Assembly (NCBI GenBank): GCA_051294905.1
Contig: CM119377.1
Location: 10,168,001-10,232,000, forward strand
DNA length: 64,000 nt
Reading direction: 5' to 3'
Source: Botryllus schlosseri
Lineage: Eukaryota
The first letter of the stretch is position 1. Each line of letters opens with the position of its first letter. Below the pieces are notes generated by a model. That model was given only the letters and a program-made list of their open reading frames with translations, was not told where the DNA came from and did no database searches. Below, piece after piece: positions 24,791 to 37,105 of the stretch. A program made the translations under genes and the position numbers.

Positions 24791-27262
24791 AAAACCACAA
24801 ACAACAATAACCGGTCCTATACGGAAGTGTCAGCCTATTGAACTGTAGCTCAGCATCGAATTTGTACAAGGGATTTTTCGTGGTCACTGGTCATAGTTTC
24901 GCGGGAATTTGACGCTTTTGGCGTATAGTTAAGTCGAATCTGCATGATTCGCAGCCTTCCTTCCTTCACATTACAAATTTGAGTTCACAGTATTCGTGCA
25001 CGAAACACAGAATATGAATTGAGAATTCGTACTTCGTAGTATACTATTGCAGAGCGGAGCTGACCTATATTTTGTGTACAATTGCATAGTATACTCCGGA
25101 AGGCAGTTCCAGTTTTATTCAATCCCCACACAATAATTCTAGATATCCCTGCCCACTGTCAATATATAACTAATTTGTCGTAACGGGTAAGGTGACCCAT
25201 TTCTGCCGTCCAAGGTATATTTGCATCGATCCTGTACTTCTACATCTCACGGTAATGATTTATTATGAATAGCGCAGTCAGCTGGAAGATGAACTGGATA
25301 CTAAGAATTACACTCTTAGCCACACAGTATTGTTGTGAATAGTTTTCATAACAGGACTATCAATATTGACCAATTCATATTTGTAGAGAATACTATCGCA
25401 TAGGTGAATAAACAAAGTCGAACAATGGACATTGGCGGTCACTAGAAATGATGAACGCTCGGAACGATAAATTCGGCAAACATGAGTAGAACGCGGCGTT
25501 ATTCCTTGTCATGATTCACAGCACGCCTTGCCATCCGGAGGAGATGCTATAGGAAGCATTCCTTTCCGTTTACAAGGCGTAATGAGCGAGACGCCGGTTT
25601 GCATCAAAATTGAAAACACATTGGCTTCCGCGGGGTAACATTGTAGCAGCAGAGTGTCTTGCAATTCAATATCCGATACCTGTATGGCCTTGGCCGTATA
25701 TGCCTTTACCGGCGCCATCGTTATTGTAGCAAGGACGCAAGCATGGACAAATCTCGAAAGTTTTAATGTCGACACGTTATGCCGTTCCACAGATATCATT
25801 GAAACTCTCGCGACAGCGAAGTGTGAACGTAAGCAAGTTGATCGTGCAACCCGCTGTTGCCATAGATCACGATTCGCACTCTGCAATTAGCGCTTTCAAC
25901 GATTCGTATGCCTTAGCAATCATATTCATTTGCAGGCCGACTATTTTGAAAATATCGGCATTATTGAATAAGCCGCCAATTTTCATTGCTACTGTCACTT
26001 CTCTTTTTTCTGACTGTCCAGTATCCTAGATTTTCATTTCTGCGGAAAGGAGGTCTGCGAAGATTCGAGAAGATCATATGCACATTCGCCGTTTTCCAGA
26101 ATATTCCGTTATACCAAATCATACGTCAACCAGCTACGTAATAACAAATTAATGATGGTATACGACAAGCCGTACTATAAACGTGACAAAATGACGCCGT
26201 CTATCTATTCAACACTAAATATCACAGCATTTACACTGCGCATGTGCGCCGGTGCTCGGGTGCTCGTATACGACGATCGCTCTAATCGCAGTATTCGTGA
26301 AGATATACAATTGATCAACCAATTATTTTCATTACTTTTCTTTTCTCGGCAAAATTATTTTCATTGGTAGCAAAATTGGGAAGACATATTTCATAGTCTA
26401 TCGTTCAGGTAGTCAATATATTAACTGTTGTGTCCTTCAAAAATTCTTTCCACTGGATGTTTCAAGGATATATCTAGCTATGTGAACTGTGACGGCCCAT
26501 AGACTTTCATAATATACACACTGATCAAATTGATTCGATATGGTAGTATACAACCGAAGCCATACCTACCTCGTTAGCAATATGATTTTTCACGAAATAT
26601 AATATAATCCGGACACCTTTATTCGTTTATACCTCCCCCTTCCTCAGCCGGCACGATTACATGGATTCACTGGAATCGAATTTTTAGTATAATAGTATTT
26701 TATTACCTCGATTTTACGGTTTCTTTCCATCTTGTGAATCGCCAGTCATTAGAACTTTGACTCATGGGGTGTTTAGATTGCAGCTGATATTGTCCTAAAA
26801 TTCATGCCATAGTAAGTGATATTTATGAAGCAAACAGCGAGGCCAGGAATCAGTATCGGAAGCGCGACGCCTCTCTCTCTCGTTTGCTTTTTTCAACTTG
26901 TTCATGCTGTGGTATATAAATTGACGTCAGTGTTACCTACTCTACAAAAGCTAAACGTCTGCGCAAGCGAAAAAGCCGGCAGATGTCTTGTTCCAGGGAT
27001 GGTATCACTATGATGATAGTTGAACGTGTTATGTATTGTGGAAGGTGGTACATTGTGGTGGTTAAGCTTATAAGTCATTTTGATCAATAGTTACCATCGC
27101 TGTAGTTAAGATGAGATGAGACTACGAGATGAGGAAATAGCTAAAATATGTCATGAGGTAACTAAAAGTGAGAGATCTCCATTTATGTTATCGTCTCATA
27201 TATCGATACCTTTTGACAGATTCTAACTATAGATTTATATACAAAGCCAATAGTTCTTCGCG

Positions 27263-30213
27263 ATGAGCCCGAATCCCGAAGCCATGGCCTCAATTCCACA
27301 CTCAAACCGAATCGAGTACTTACCGGATACGAAACATATTGATGAGGGATTTGCTAACAGACGCCCATATCCCGAACCAACGCCAGTACAGCGACAAGTC
27401 ACAGACGCAGAAAGATCTTGCGATAAACATGGAACGAATCCACATCTTGCCAACACGAGAATCAATATGCCCAAGAAAGGTTACAAATTATCAGCGGACT
27501 CTTATCGCAAGCTGAGATCATATTGTGGACATAAAGCTGCGGACGCTGTATCTTGTACGCGCGACCATATATTTAATGAACTGGCGAAAGTGCTGGAAAG
27601 GGTAGAAGAATGCCCCTGGTACTGGGGCAATTTGAGCGGTCAGGATTCAATAAAAATACTTGCCGGAACTTGCCCTGGGACTTTTCTCCTGCGTCTGAGT
27701 AGCGATCCAAAGTAAGCAAATTCCTTATTATAATTATAACAGTTGAACAGTGAACACATTCCCATATATTTATACTAATATGCACCTGACTTATATGGAT
27801 GATTAGCTTAATAGTTGTGGGCGAAACTAAAAACATACATAACACTGAACTTTTGACATTCAAGGTTGGGCTTGACTGTTTAGTTATCTGTATTTCATCA
27901 GCATTCGCGATTTACGTTGCCACCGGCGCTCCCACCAAACCGCGAGCGTAGTCTTTTCCAAGACTTGCCATTCGCGACTCGCGTCGAAAGCTATAGAAAG
28001 TATTAGCTCAAAACCACCAAGATTTATCGAATTTCGAGTATCATTCACAGTTCATAGACAGCTCAAAGCCCGAAATCTTAACCCATGTGGCGTCGACACC
28101 GTGAAGGTCATTGCGCACGCTCCAGGAAAGATATTTAAGCGTTAATAATGACAAGTGTCAATCAAAATTAAATGGATATTCATTATTCAATCTGTGTGTT
28201 GACATTTCTGACTGTATGACACAAATTACGATGTGGTGTTAGTCAAATATGTGACTGCACTATGCACATTGTGCACAAGATATTGAATTGATGCGATTGA
28301 CCATACCATGCCGATTCGATTTAGTAAACATGCCTTAGCAGTCGGTTTGATTTGTTTGTCGGATAAGTTGCGCGGTCAGGTTAGTCCTTTCACTGGCGGT
28401 TCTTTCTAAGAATATGGGTTTATCAAGATAGTGCTCTTTCTTCGTGCGTTATCTCACATATTTGAGGATGCTTGTGTCGATTCTCGGGACTGTGGGCAAT
28501 TTAGAATTCGTCGTAACGCGATGACGGGCGACGTGACATTTAACGTGACTCCTGCTAGATATTATTGACTTTATTAGGCTACCCGTTCCGGAGGTCGTAG
28601 GTTTTTCGGGAGCCGTAGTCTAGATATAAAACATCGCGATGAGTGGTAGCGACTCTGGCACTTCATTTCAACAACGTACTTCCACCAGTGATCTCCTCAA
28701 TTTTCGCCAGAGTATTACCGTATATCTTACCGAGAACTATTTCCGGCAACGTCCAATACTAAATCTATATTTATAATCGACTATAAGGTAAATTTTCCGC
28801 CCGTACATATCATGTAATACCGTGTCTCATATCATTACACGCACTTTAATAAGACTGCTGCAGCGCAACAAGTAGGACGATTCCTTGAACCATGCAATCA
28901 CGTATGGCTTCTAATACAGCTTCCAGCCATTTCGGCGCATTCTATCTGCGAAATTCATCGAAGGCGCTTGATTAGAAATTTCTCTGTTTCGATAATTACC
29001 ATGTTATCCGCATGCGCGCATTAGCAATCGAATCAAATTAGAGACATGAGCAATTGAGCATTGACATGATGCTAATATAGGCTACCTTCGTTTGTACTTG
29101 TTTTTTGCCTTTGCCCATTCCCAGAAACAGTTATTGACACGGATCCGCGCCGGAACCGTGTTATGTAAGAACGGCACAAAATACCTCAATCAGCGCTCTC
29201 GGGTTATCCGCGAATTTCTCAGAATGAAATGACGCTATCGTCGATAAAAAGTAGAGAGTGAAATTCCAAATTTATGTAACACGAGCTTCGAGGAAAAGTT
29301 CTTATCGCGGTCCCAATATTCATGCGCGATTTAAACAGCTCTCAAATAATCGCTATTGCATCATTGAAGCGTAGTGTGTCGGCTAATGTGCGTGGCCTTA
29401 GCTGCAGTGCTTCGAGTTTGCCAAATGAACGAATAGTTCGTGTTGATCATGAACATGTGATTTGCGATTATATATCATTGTCATTATGTTAAGATCGCAT
29501 TACTGGTACACAAAATAGGTTAGAGGTTACTGTGACATCATTATATTCCTACCTCTTACATATCTTGCCACGCCCCACTTATAACCCCTACTTCACACAA
29601 TATTCTGGATTATTGAGAACTAGAAATGAACTAAATATCTCTGTTTCATTACAGATATATCTTCAGCCTCAGCGTGAAGACAAAGTACGGCCCCACCAGC
29701 ATTAGAATCGTTTACGAAAGCGGCCATTTTCGATTCGACTCAGAACTAACGGACGCGCAAAGACAGGCGCGAGATTCGATTGCCAGCGGAAACGCTGCCG
29801 GCAGTCGCAAGGGTCATCCGAACTACGTGCACAGAATTACGAAGAAGTTCACTTGCGTCATCCATTTGATATTGTATTACACGAAGCATCTACTGCAAAC
29901 AGACGGCGAATTGGGAATAACGGAAAACGGGGCAGCTGACGAAGACACGGCAGCCGTCGTCAGTCGAGGCGACAGGCCGGGTGAACTTTTCATGTGCTAC
30001 TGGCTTACGAGAAGCGGTCGCCGCGAAATACCTGTGCTGTTATCTACTCCTTTGCTAAAAAGAAAACTATGTCCCTCGCTTCAAAATATATGCCGCGCCG
30101 CTCTGAGCAAAGAGTATGAACTTTGGAAGCCCAGCTCCCGCGAAGCGGCTATTCGTAAAGACTTGCCGACGTCACTACAGAGGTTTCTCGCGCAATATCC
30201 GTATCCTATTTAG
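27263..30213 (+). CDS. SOCS-B: suppressor of cytokine signalling, SOCS2/CISH-like. Exons 27263-27711 and 29655-30213
   Basis: LAKVLERVEECPWYWG...GTFLLRLSSDPK; donor AA|GTAAGC at 27712; acceptor TTTCATTACAG|A TAT (KYIFSLSVKTKYGPTSIRIVYESGHFRFDS); SOCS box PSLQNICR...LPTSLQRFLAQYPYPI*. Same intron position and phase as SOCS-A. Confidence 0.93.
28404..29295. promoter_or_regulatory. Intronic cluster of six TTCN3GAA (STAT/GAS) sites in SOCS-B
   Basis: TTCTAAGAA 28404, TTCCTTGAA 28881, TTCATCGAA 28954, TTCCCAGAA 29118, TTCTCAGAA 29216, TTCGAGGAA 29287. Confidence 0.7.
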
Positions 30214-32587
30214 AACGAGCACAAGCCGAACCAGCACATCTTCACTTTGTAACTTATGTTCTATTTTTATTTATTCGCCCGATTTGTTGGTTGAATCTGA
30301 AAGCGCTCGGCGCTGCGTTGAAGAGTTTCCGTTGTAAACGTGTTAATAACTTTGTGACGTCATATTGTATCCGTGAGCACAGGTAACATTGCAATACACT
30401 GCTGTTCACATGTAATATGTTTCAGTGCCACTTTTGTGCTAGTACTATCTTCGTGAAAGTATCTGATATTCAATTGCAATACCGACATGCATTTTGTTCC
30501 ATTTTCGCACTCAGATTCGCAAAACTTCTTTTGTTGCCATAATGAAATTCTTGACCTTACCGTAGCGGGTACCTGTCTGTCTGTTCTAACCGGGGTTCGG
30601 ATACTTTGTCTAGCTAGGCCAGCAGGATAGGCCTATATGCATAGTTGCACACTAGTTCCATAGTATAGTTAGCGAGGATATCAGGCAACATGAACCCTGC
30701 AGTAGAGTGTAATGAAGCTTTTTATCCATGGTTTCCATAATAGTAGACCAACCATGTCGCTGAGCTATGACAAAAACGATAATTCAGCATAGCATTATTA
30801 TATTTAATATTGATAATGACATGACGTGACAACGTTCCTTTTATCATCTCATCAGACTGGTACACAACTATTCAGTATGCCGTAAATTGCGGAAGGTGAA
30901 CATTACTGTACAAGTAATGTTCAGCTGCAGGTATACAGTTTACCAGTGTACGAACAAACAACTTCCGAGGGCGTTATCAGAATGAAAACTAGGAAAAGAC
31001 AAAAATTGAGCCTTAGTTAAAAGGTATGCACTTACAGGCTGATCAAACATAGACAGAGATATACAATATACATCTAAAATACCATGAGCTTATGAAAAAC
31101 ATTTATGCAAGACAGCATTATGTGCCGAACGAAACCGGAGACAAGCGGAAATATTGCACTCGCTTTAACCGTAGGAAAGTAACGGACTATAGGCTACTCC
31201 TTTTCTAAAAATATATATCCTGGGGTCGCGTGTGCAATTAGGAATATACCGCCGGATAACGCCATAAAACTAATTTTAATTCGCTATAAAACGAATTATA
31301 ATTCTCCATAAACTTTAAGAAGCTCATCTCCGTTAACATCTGGTTCTAAAGAATCTATAGGCGCATATATATATTCTATATGTAGTACAAACATCATTTG
31401 CGTAAATGGTGCGTCAAGGTCAAACATGAATGCCTTGCATGTCATATACGATAGAAACCAGTTTCGGTGCTTACTCTGCGGAAGCAGAACATATAGACTC
31501 AATATTATAGAGCTATAGCTCCGCGCTCAGTGATTCCTAGTATACGGATATACTATTTACCAGCAGACAAACACAGCATCTGTGAAATTTTTTACAGGGA
31601 AATGAAAATTGCATCGTAAGTGATGAAATATATAGCTAACTAAGATAAACCGACTCCGGAATAGTATTGGTTGATAATGCATATAAAGCAGTGGTTCCCA
31701 AACGGTGGGGAACGGTGGGGCCCACTGATGGGGAATTCAATGGTTTCTGGTGGGGAATAGACGCATTTGTTCAAAATCATATACAGGACAGTCTACAAAT
31801 TCACGGAGACACATACGCAATTACCGTTAGTTAACTGCTCTGGAATGTATGTATCGAATAATATTTTGCGTGTTGTTCACAAAACCTCATTTCTAACTCT
31901 GGATGGCCAATCATGGCGTCACAAACGCATCCAGCACGACTAGTTTGACGTGAAATAACGCTTTTGCGAAATTTTGACCGTTACTGGTATTGGTTCAGAA
32001 TACGTTTTATGTTGCAGCTATAGGCGATTGTCTTGCGTACTGGTGTGGTTGTATGTCTTGTGTAGTCAAACCAGACATGGGGTGATTACCTTATGAATGT
32101 AATCGATTGCGATTACGATTACTTCGGAATCACGCGATTACGATTACGATTACGATTACAGCAAAATCAGGAAGTAGTCGATTACGATTACGATTACATT
32201 GTAAAAGTAATCACGATTACTCACGATTACATTTGTTTTGCTTCTTAGAACTATACTCTTAAATAATATATTGGAAGACAATGCAAGGATTGCGATGAAA
32301 AGGCCTAATGAGATATCAACTCTCTTCATACATCATGCGTCATTTGCTTCATACGTCATAATATACCAATTGCCCAATTTTATAGTGGATGATTTATCGC
32401 ATCCAACAATTTGCATTATTGCCAGGTCTTTACCTGCCGCACCCCAAATTCCTTAATAGGGTGGGGAACGTGCTCGAAGGGGACTCAAAATTATTTCGTA
32501 AACCAACATAAATTATAGAGTACATTCGAGAATTAAATTAATTCTTGGACATGTTCTTCGAGCTTTGCGTTTCAAATGTCTCTAGTA

Positions 32588-33067
32588 CAGTGGTCACCAA
32601 CGCGTACCAAATGAGTCGACCGCAGTCGCTGTAGCAAACATCCAAATGAGAGATTTGAAAGTTGAAGCTGGTTTCATATGAGCAGCAGTTGAACATGGGT
32701 CGGCCGACCCCAAGGAACTTACGAACGCAGTCGCTCGGGGCATTACTTTTCTTTGCCCACGCGGCGGCTCAACGGGAATCTATAGTTAATATTTCCGAGT
32801 CTCGACGCGGAGATTGGTGCTTCGGCGCGCACTGCAGCAACGCAACTGAGCCCGGAGGAGCTGGTGTGAGTTCCGGCGAGTGAGCGTTTTTTGTTCTTGG
32901 TAAGGAGCGGAAACCCGGCCCAGTGCTCTGATTGTCTTACTCTAAGTGACGAAATCCAATGGAACACGGATAATCGGCGGGAGTAAGTGGTAACCCGTCG
33001 GTCGTCGCAATAATCAGTACACTACACATGAAGTAGCTTTTTGTTTCAAAACGGTTGGTGACCCCTG
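32588..33067. mobile_element. hAT (Buster-like) MITE, 480 bp, nested in the 32072 element
   Basis: TIRs CAGTGGTCACCAAC / GTTGGTGACCCCTG; TSD CTCTAGTA / CTCCAGTA (7/8). Confidence 0.85.
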
Positions 33068-34239
33068 CTCCAGTAGATAGCTGGGTTTGAAATGCATACC
33101 TCTTCCCCTCAAAAAAACATTCATAGGCTATTTTATGCGAACAATCATTTCGGAGCCGGTTATTACCGCGCCACGATCACACAACACACCAAAAGACATG
33201 CAGTTTCGGACAACACGAAACTCCACGGGATGTGATACCAAAGAAATACCTTGACCGAAACTTAGGGTATTCGTCCATTGTCAATAGCCGCGCTGGGTGG
33301 GCGTGACTAATAACTCCTGTCCTTCCAATCTGGGCCCACAATGCAAATGTCACCCGGCGCATCCACAAAGGAATATAGCCATGACAATTTGTGTGTGCGT
33401 CTCACAAAAGGTATTCTTTTAGTATGCTACGTTTGGGCGAGAACAATATCTTTTGATTATACAACAGACTGGAGGTCGCGAATTAACAACATACAATAAA
33501 GTAAATATAATACCATACCAGATGCTACGATTATGAATTACGTGCCCCAGCTCTACAGGTAAATCTAACACTCTGGGCTGAGAGAGGTTATAAATGAATA
33601 GTAATATAATGCAATTACGAATATTATTGACGAATTCAGTTTTAAAAATTAACCAACGGTTGGACAGGGGAACGAAGTGCTGTTTTGGCTGAATTGCTGA
33701 TTCTAGCTACAACCCACGCTAACATGTCAGGCTATATAAGCGGATGGTTATGGCGGCAGGTCCAAATGCTAAGTAACGAACTGTGACATAACGATTGACG
33801 CCCGTTTCAAGTAGTTATATGAGAATGAGATATAGTGAACATAAAAATTCTGCCTTCTACTTAATACTTATGCTGCGAGCTGCTGTTACGAGAAACGGCT
33901 AAACACGGCTCGGATATGATATATATCAGCAGCTGTTTATTTGTAATGCTTCGTTGTGGAAACTGCAATGTTTTATTCGACGAGTACAAAATTCCGAATC
34001 TTCGTCAGGTGCACGTGCGTACGTAGGCCTCCTTCTCGCCAAGCAGCAACGGTAAACTGCGTTTAACTAAGCACAATCAAACATCAAAACATAAGTTACT
34101 ATTTGAAACTATAGGCAGAGTGGCGATCAATATCCTGCTGCGAGGTAGGGGCTTCTGTAGTGTATTGATAACCTGATATACACCACGGGAGGTGTTCTTA
34201 CAATAACACTACATTCGCTTAAACTCGCTTCACCCGGCC

Positions 34240-35148
34240 TTGCAATTCACAATAGAAAAAGAACGCAATAACTCATTATCATTTCTGGACGTATTAGTTG
34301 AAAAGCGCAATACCAACAAATTTGAAACGTCTGTTTTCAGAAAACCGACATTCACAGGCCAATACCTTCGCTGGAATTCATTTAGTCCTCGGCGCAGAAA
34401 AATTAACCTCATAGGCACACTCGTGCATAGAGCGTTGATGATATGTTCGGGTAACAAACTGAGTTTAGAACTTGACTACATCCGAAAAATCTTACTTGAT
34501 AATGGTTACCCTGAACACGTCATCAGCCGCGGCATGGAGAGGAAATTAACGCAATTCAACGCAGAAAAACGAACAGAGCCCACCGCACGAACAATAAAAG
34601 ATGTTTATATCCATCTACCTTGGATTGGCCCCATTTCCACCCGCTTTGAAAAACAATTGATTTCTGCTGTCGGTAAATGTTACGATACAGTCAAAACCAA
34701 TGTGATTTTTACAACAACACAACTGCTCCCTTCAACACGCAAAGACGTGCTTCCTGCACTTCAACAAAGTAATGTAGTGTACGAATATAGGTGCCACTGT
34801 GATTGTGGCTACGTGGGAAGAACGTCAAGACGTCTGCAGGACCGCATAAACCAACATGTCCCCAGATTTATCAGAACACGTGCGTCACGCGATGTGAAAA
34901 GCTCACCCTTAACTCATCCACTTAAGATTGATGCTGATCGATCAAAGGCAATTAATTCTGCCATCGGCAAACATTTGTTGGATAATCCGATTTGTGCGAA
35001 TAATTATCGAGACGACCGATTTCGAATCGTAGGTCGAGGCCGTTCACAATTCCATTTGTGTGCCTTGGAATCAACTTTTATCAAAATACACCAACCAAAA
35101 CTCTGTCAACAAAAGGAGTTCGTGTATCACCTAAAAATAGTACATTGA
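34240..35148 (+). CDS. PLE ORF fragment: reverse transcriptase C-terminal/thumb region + GIY-YIG endonuclease
   Basis: LQFTIEKE...LSFLDVLV...VFRKPTFTGQYL...NGYP; VVYEYRCHCDCGYVGRT...INQH...SAIGKHL...LESTFI. No internal stops. Confidence 0.9.
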   Translation: MQFTIEKERNNSLSFLDVLVEKRNTNKFETSVFRKPTFTGQYLRWNSFSPRRRKINLIGTLVHRALMICSGNKLSLELDYIRKILLDNGYPEHVISRGMERKLTQFNAEKRTEPTARTIKDVYIHLPWIGPISTRFEKQLISAVGKCYDTVKTNVIFTTTQLLPSTRKDVLPALQQSNVVYEYRCHCDCGYVGRTSRRLQDRINQHVPRFIRTRASRDVKSSPLTHPLKIDADRSKAINSAIGKHLLDNPICANNYRDDRFRIVGRGRSQFHLCALESTFIKIHQPKLCQQKEFVYHLKIVH

Positions 35149-35249
35149 ACGCTCTCTCATTCGAAATTTCATGCTGGTGACGTCATATTTTGTGATACGA
35201 TTGTTGATATACAATGTTCTTTCCAATTCTCTACTAGTTGCTGACGATT

Positions 35250-35283
35250 ACCCCTGACGAGTGTCAGCCGAAAATATTCGGGT
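35250..35283 (+). ncRNA. Minimal type I hammerhead ribozyme in the PLE 3' terminal repeat
   Basis: ACCC-CUGACGA-G(UGUCAGC)C-GAAA-AUAU-UC-GGGU: stem I ACCC/GGGU, 1-bp stem II, palindromic AAUAUU stem III, predicted cleavage after UUC at 35279. Confidence 0.8.
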
Positions 35284-35735
35284 TCATTTCAATATGAATA
35301 TACTATTTAATAATAACACTACAATGTCCATCGCATGTCTGTTTACTATGTGTGCGCATTTGCGCAATGACGAGCGGAGCTAATACTTCTGACGTAATAA
35401 TGAGTCAGTGGCGTTTGAAAACAGACGCCTATGGGCTATCGCTAACGTTGTATATTATCTCATTCTTGTTCACGAATATTCAGTTTATGTCATAGTCCTT
35501 GTACAAACAAAAAGTAATCGTTCTTTCACAAAATAATCGATTAGATATGGGAAGTAGTCGATTACGATTACGATTACTTCGGATTTTTTTCGAATGTAAT
35601 CGATTGCGATTACGATTACTTTAAAATGCTGTAATCGTCGTAATCGATTACGATTACTAATCGCGATTACCCCATGTCTGAGTCAAACCAGCAAATAGCT
35701 GCTCTGTGACGACAAAAGTGCTGGGTAGTGGGGAA

Positions 35736-36695
35736 CAGGACCGTAACTGCCGCACCCCAAACCCCCCAATTGGGGCGGGGGCGAGCTCGAAGGGGCCCAA
35801 AATTATTTCGTGAATTAACATAAATTAAAGTATTTTTTTTTAAATTTATGCCACGTTTTCAAAATTTTTCGCGCTGGATGCGCGATTCAATATTGCCGAA
35901 TATCTGATTATTGGGTACCCTTCCCCCACGAAAATACTTAGAATTTTTAGAAATGGAGACTTCGGCGTGGGCCATTACTGCGCCACGACGCACCAAGGCA
36001 TATGAAGTTATAGGCCATGTAACATTCAACTCCGAGAAGTGTGCCAGAACGATTAGCAGCGAGAAGACCTTGGCCGAGAAGGAATGCCCTTGTGGAGACC
36101 CCAAAACTTCGATGTATATGCAATATACATATGTGTTTAATTGGCTAAGTGGCTGGCGCCGAATGTTCCTGTCCTGGTGATCTGAGCGCCACAGGACAAA
36201 TGTCATCCCGCAGGAAAAATTATTTGCCAGTAAAGCAATACTAATTTGAAATCGTGTGTGCCTTTTAGTTTTGGCTATTTCCATATCTTTTGACATAGCA
36301 GATACAGGAGGTCACGAAATAGCATAATGTAACGAAGTCAATATACAAACGGGTCCGCCCGAAGATGTTCTATTCCTATTTAGGCGCCCTACCTTTGCCA
36401 GCACACCTCACTCAGCTCTACCGGTAAATCTGATTACGTGAGCAGAGAGGGGATAAAAATTGATAGCAAAATACATGCAATTCCCGATCATATTGGCCGA
36501 TTCAAACACGAATTATATGAATTTATCGGGCTTCGCGTGTTTGGTCGAAATAAGGCGACGCGCTAAACATAAGACCCAATGTAGCTGATAAGTCGTAGGG
36601 GGAAAAGCGTACAGGCTCAGCGGGGCTGAGAGGGTCCCGGGGGCCCAAGACCAACGTTTATTTGGCGGGGCTAACAAAGTGATGTTACGGTCCTG
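35736..36695. mobile_element. hAT-type element, 960 bp, second insert in the 31689 element
   Basis: Perfect 12-bp TIRs CAGGACCGTAAC / GTTACGGTCCTG; perfect TSD GTGGGGAA. A related 5' fragment lies at ~32424-32520. Confidence 0.92.
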
Positions 36696-36801
36696 GTGGG
36701 GAATGAAGGCTCGGAATAAATCTGAAGTAGGGAATGAAGACAAAAAGGTCGGGAACCACTGATCTAAAGAGCAAGCACGAATGCAACAACAAAATCTAGA
36801 C

Positions 36802-37105
36802 CAGCGGTTCTCAACCTTTTTTAGACACGCTCCCTTTATGATAGTGAAATATTTCGCGCCCCCTTATCGTCATATCACAAAATCCAACCGGGATGCTAGC
36901 AACCCCAACCGATTGTTTGATGGCATGGAAGGTTATGACTGTTGATGAGAGAATTCAAAAATATGAAATTCGGTCTATATAGAGAGAAACACGCGTGAAT
37001 TGGAGGTAAATCGCGCAAAGCGCGAAAAATATTTTCAATTGACCACTTCTTTAGGCCCCCTTCAGATGATTTCACGCCCCCCCCCCCCCCGGATGATAAC
37101 CCCTG
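36802..37105. mobile_element. hAT (Buster-like) MITE, 304 bp
   Basis: TIRs CAGCGGTTCTCAAC / GATGATAACCCCTG; perfect TSD ATCTAGAC. Confidence 0.88.

Larger units (their letters stand above)
34214..35311 (+). mobile_element. 5'-truncated Penelope-like retroelement (PLE)
   Basis: RT C-terminus plus GIY-YIG ORF, 3' hammerhead motif, and 12-bp TSD AATAACACTACA (34202-34213, 35312-35323). Confidence 0.92.
32072..35680. mobile_element. hAT-type element with (GATTAC)n subterminal arrays, nested in the 31689 element
   Basis: TIRs CAGACATGGGGT / ACCCCATGTCTG; perfect TSD AGTCAAAC (32064-32071, 35681-35688). Confidence 0.92.
31689..36761. mobile_element. Outer hAT (Charlie/Buster-like) MITE, ~490 bp once its two inserts are removed
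   Basis: TIRs CAGTGGTTCCC / GGGAACCACTG; TSD ATATAAAG / ATCTAAAG (7/8); GTGGGGAA subterminal motifs. Confidence 0.85.

Noticed and set aside
25509-26030. Protein-like ORFs on both strands; GHTGIGY*IARH resembles an SDR nucleotide-binding motif
   Set aside because: Only a 36-codon frame between stops, with no other SDR motifs; cannot be supported as a pseudogene.
16868-35186. Multiple TGACGTCA (CRE) sites
   Set aside because: Most fall inside MITEs or the PLE 3' end (e.g. ~16869, ~18910, ~24498, ~24520, ~35178), so they do not indicate locus-specific regulation. The TATA/CRE at 26913-26929 has non-canonical spacing to the nearest Inr.
32090-35670. GATTAC, GACTCGAGTC (58573-58750, 60440-60590) and AATCC arrays as CRISPR-like repeats
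   Set aside because: No constant-length unique spacers and no cas genes in this eukaryotic context; the arrays are subterminal repeats inside TIR/TSD-bounded hAT elements.
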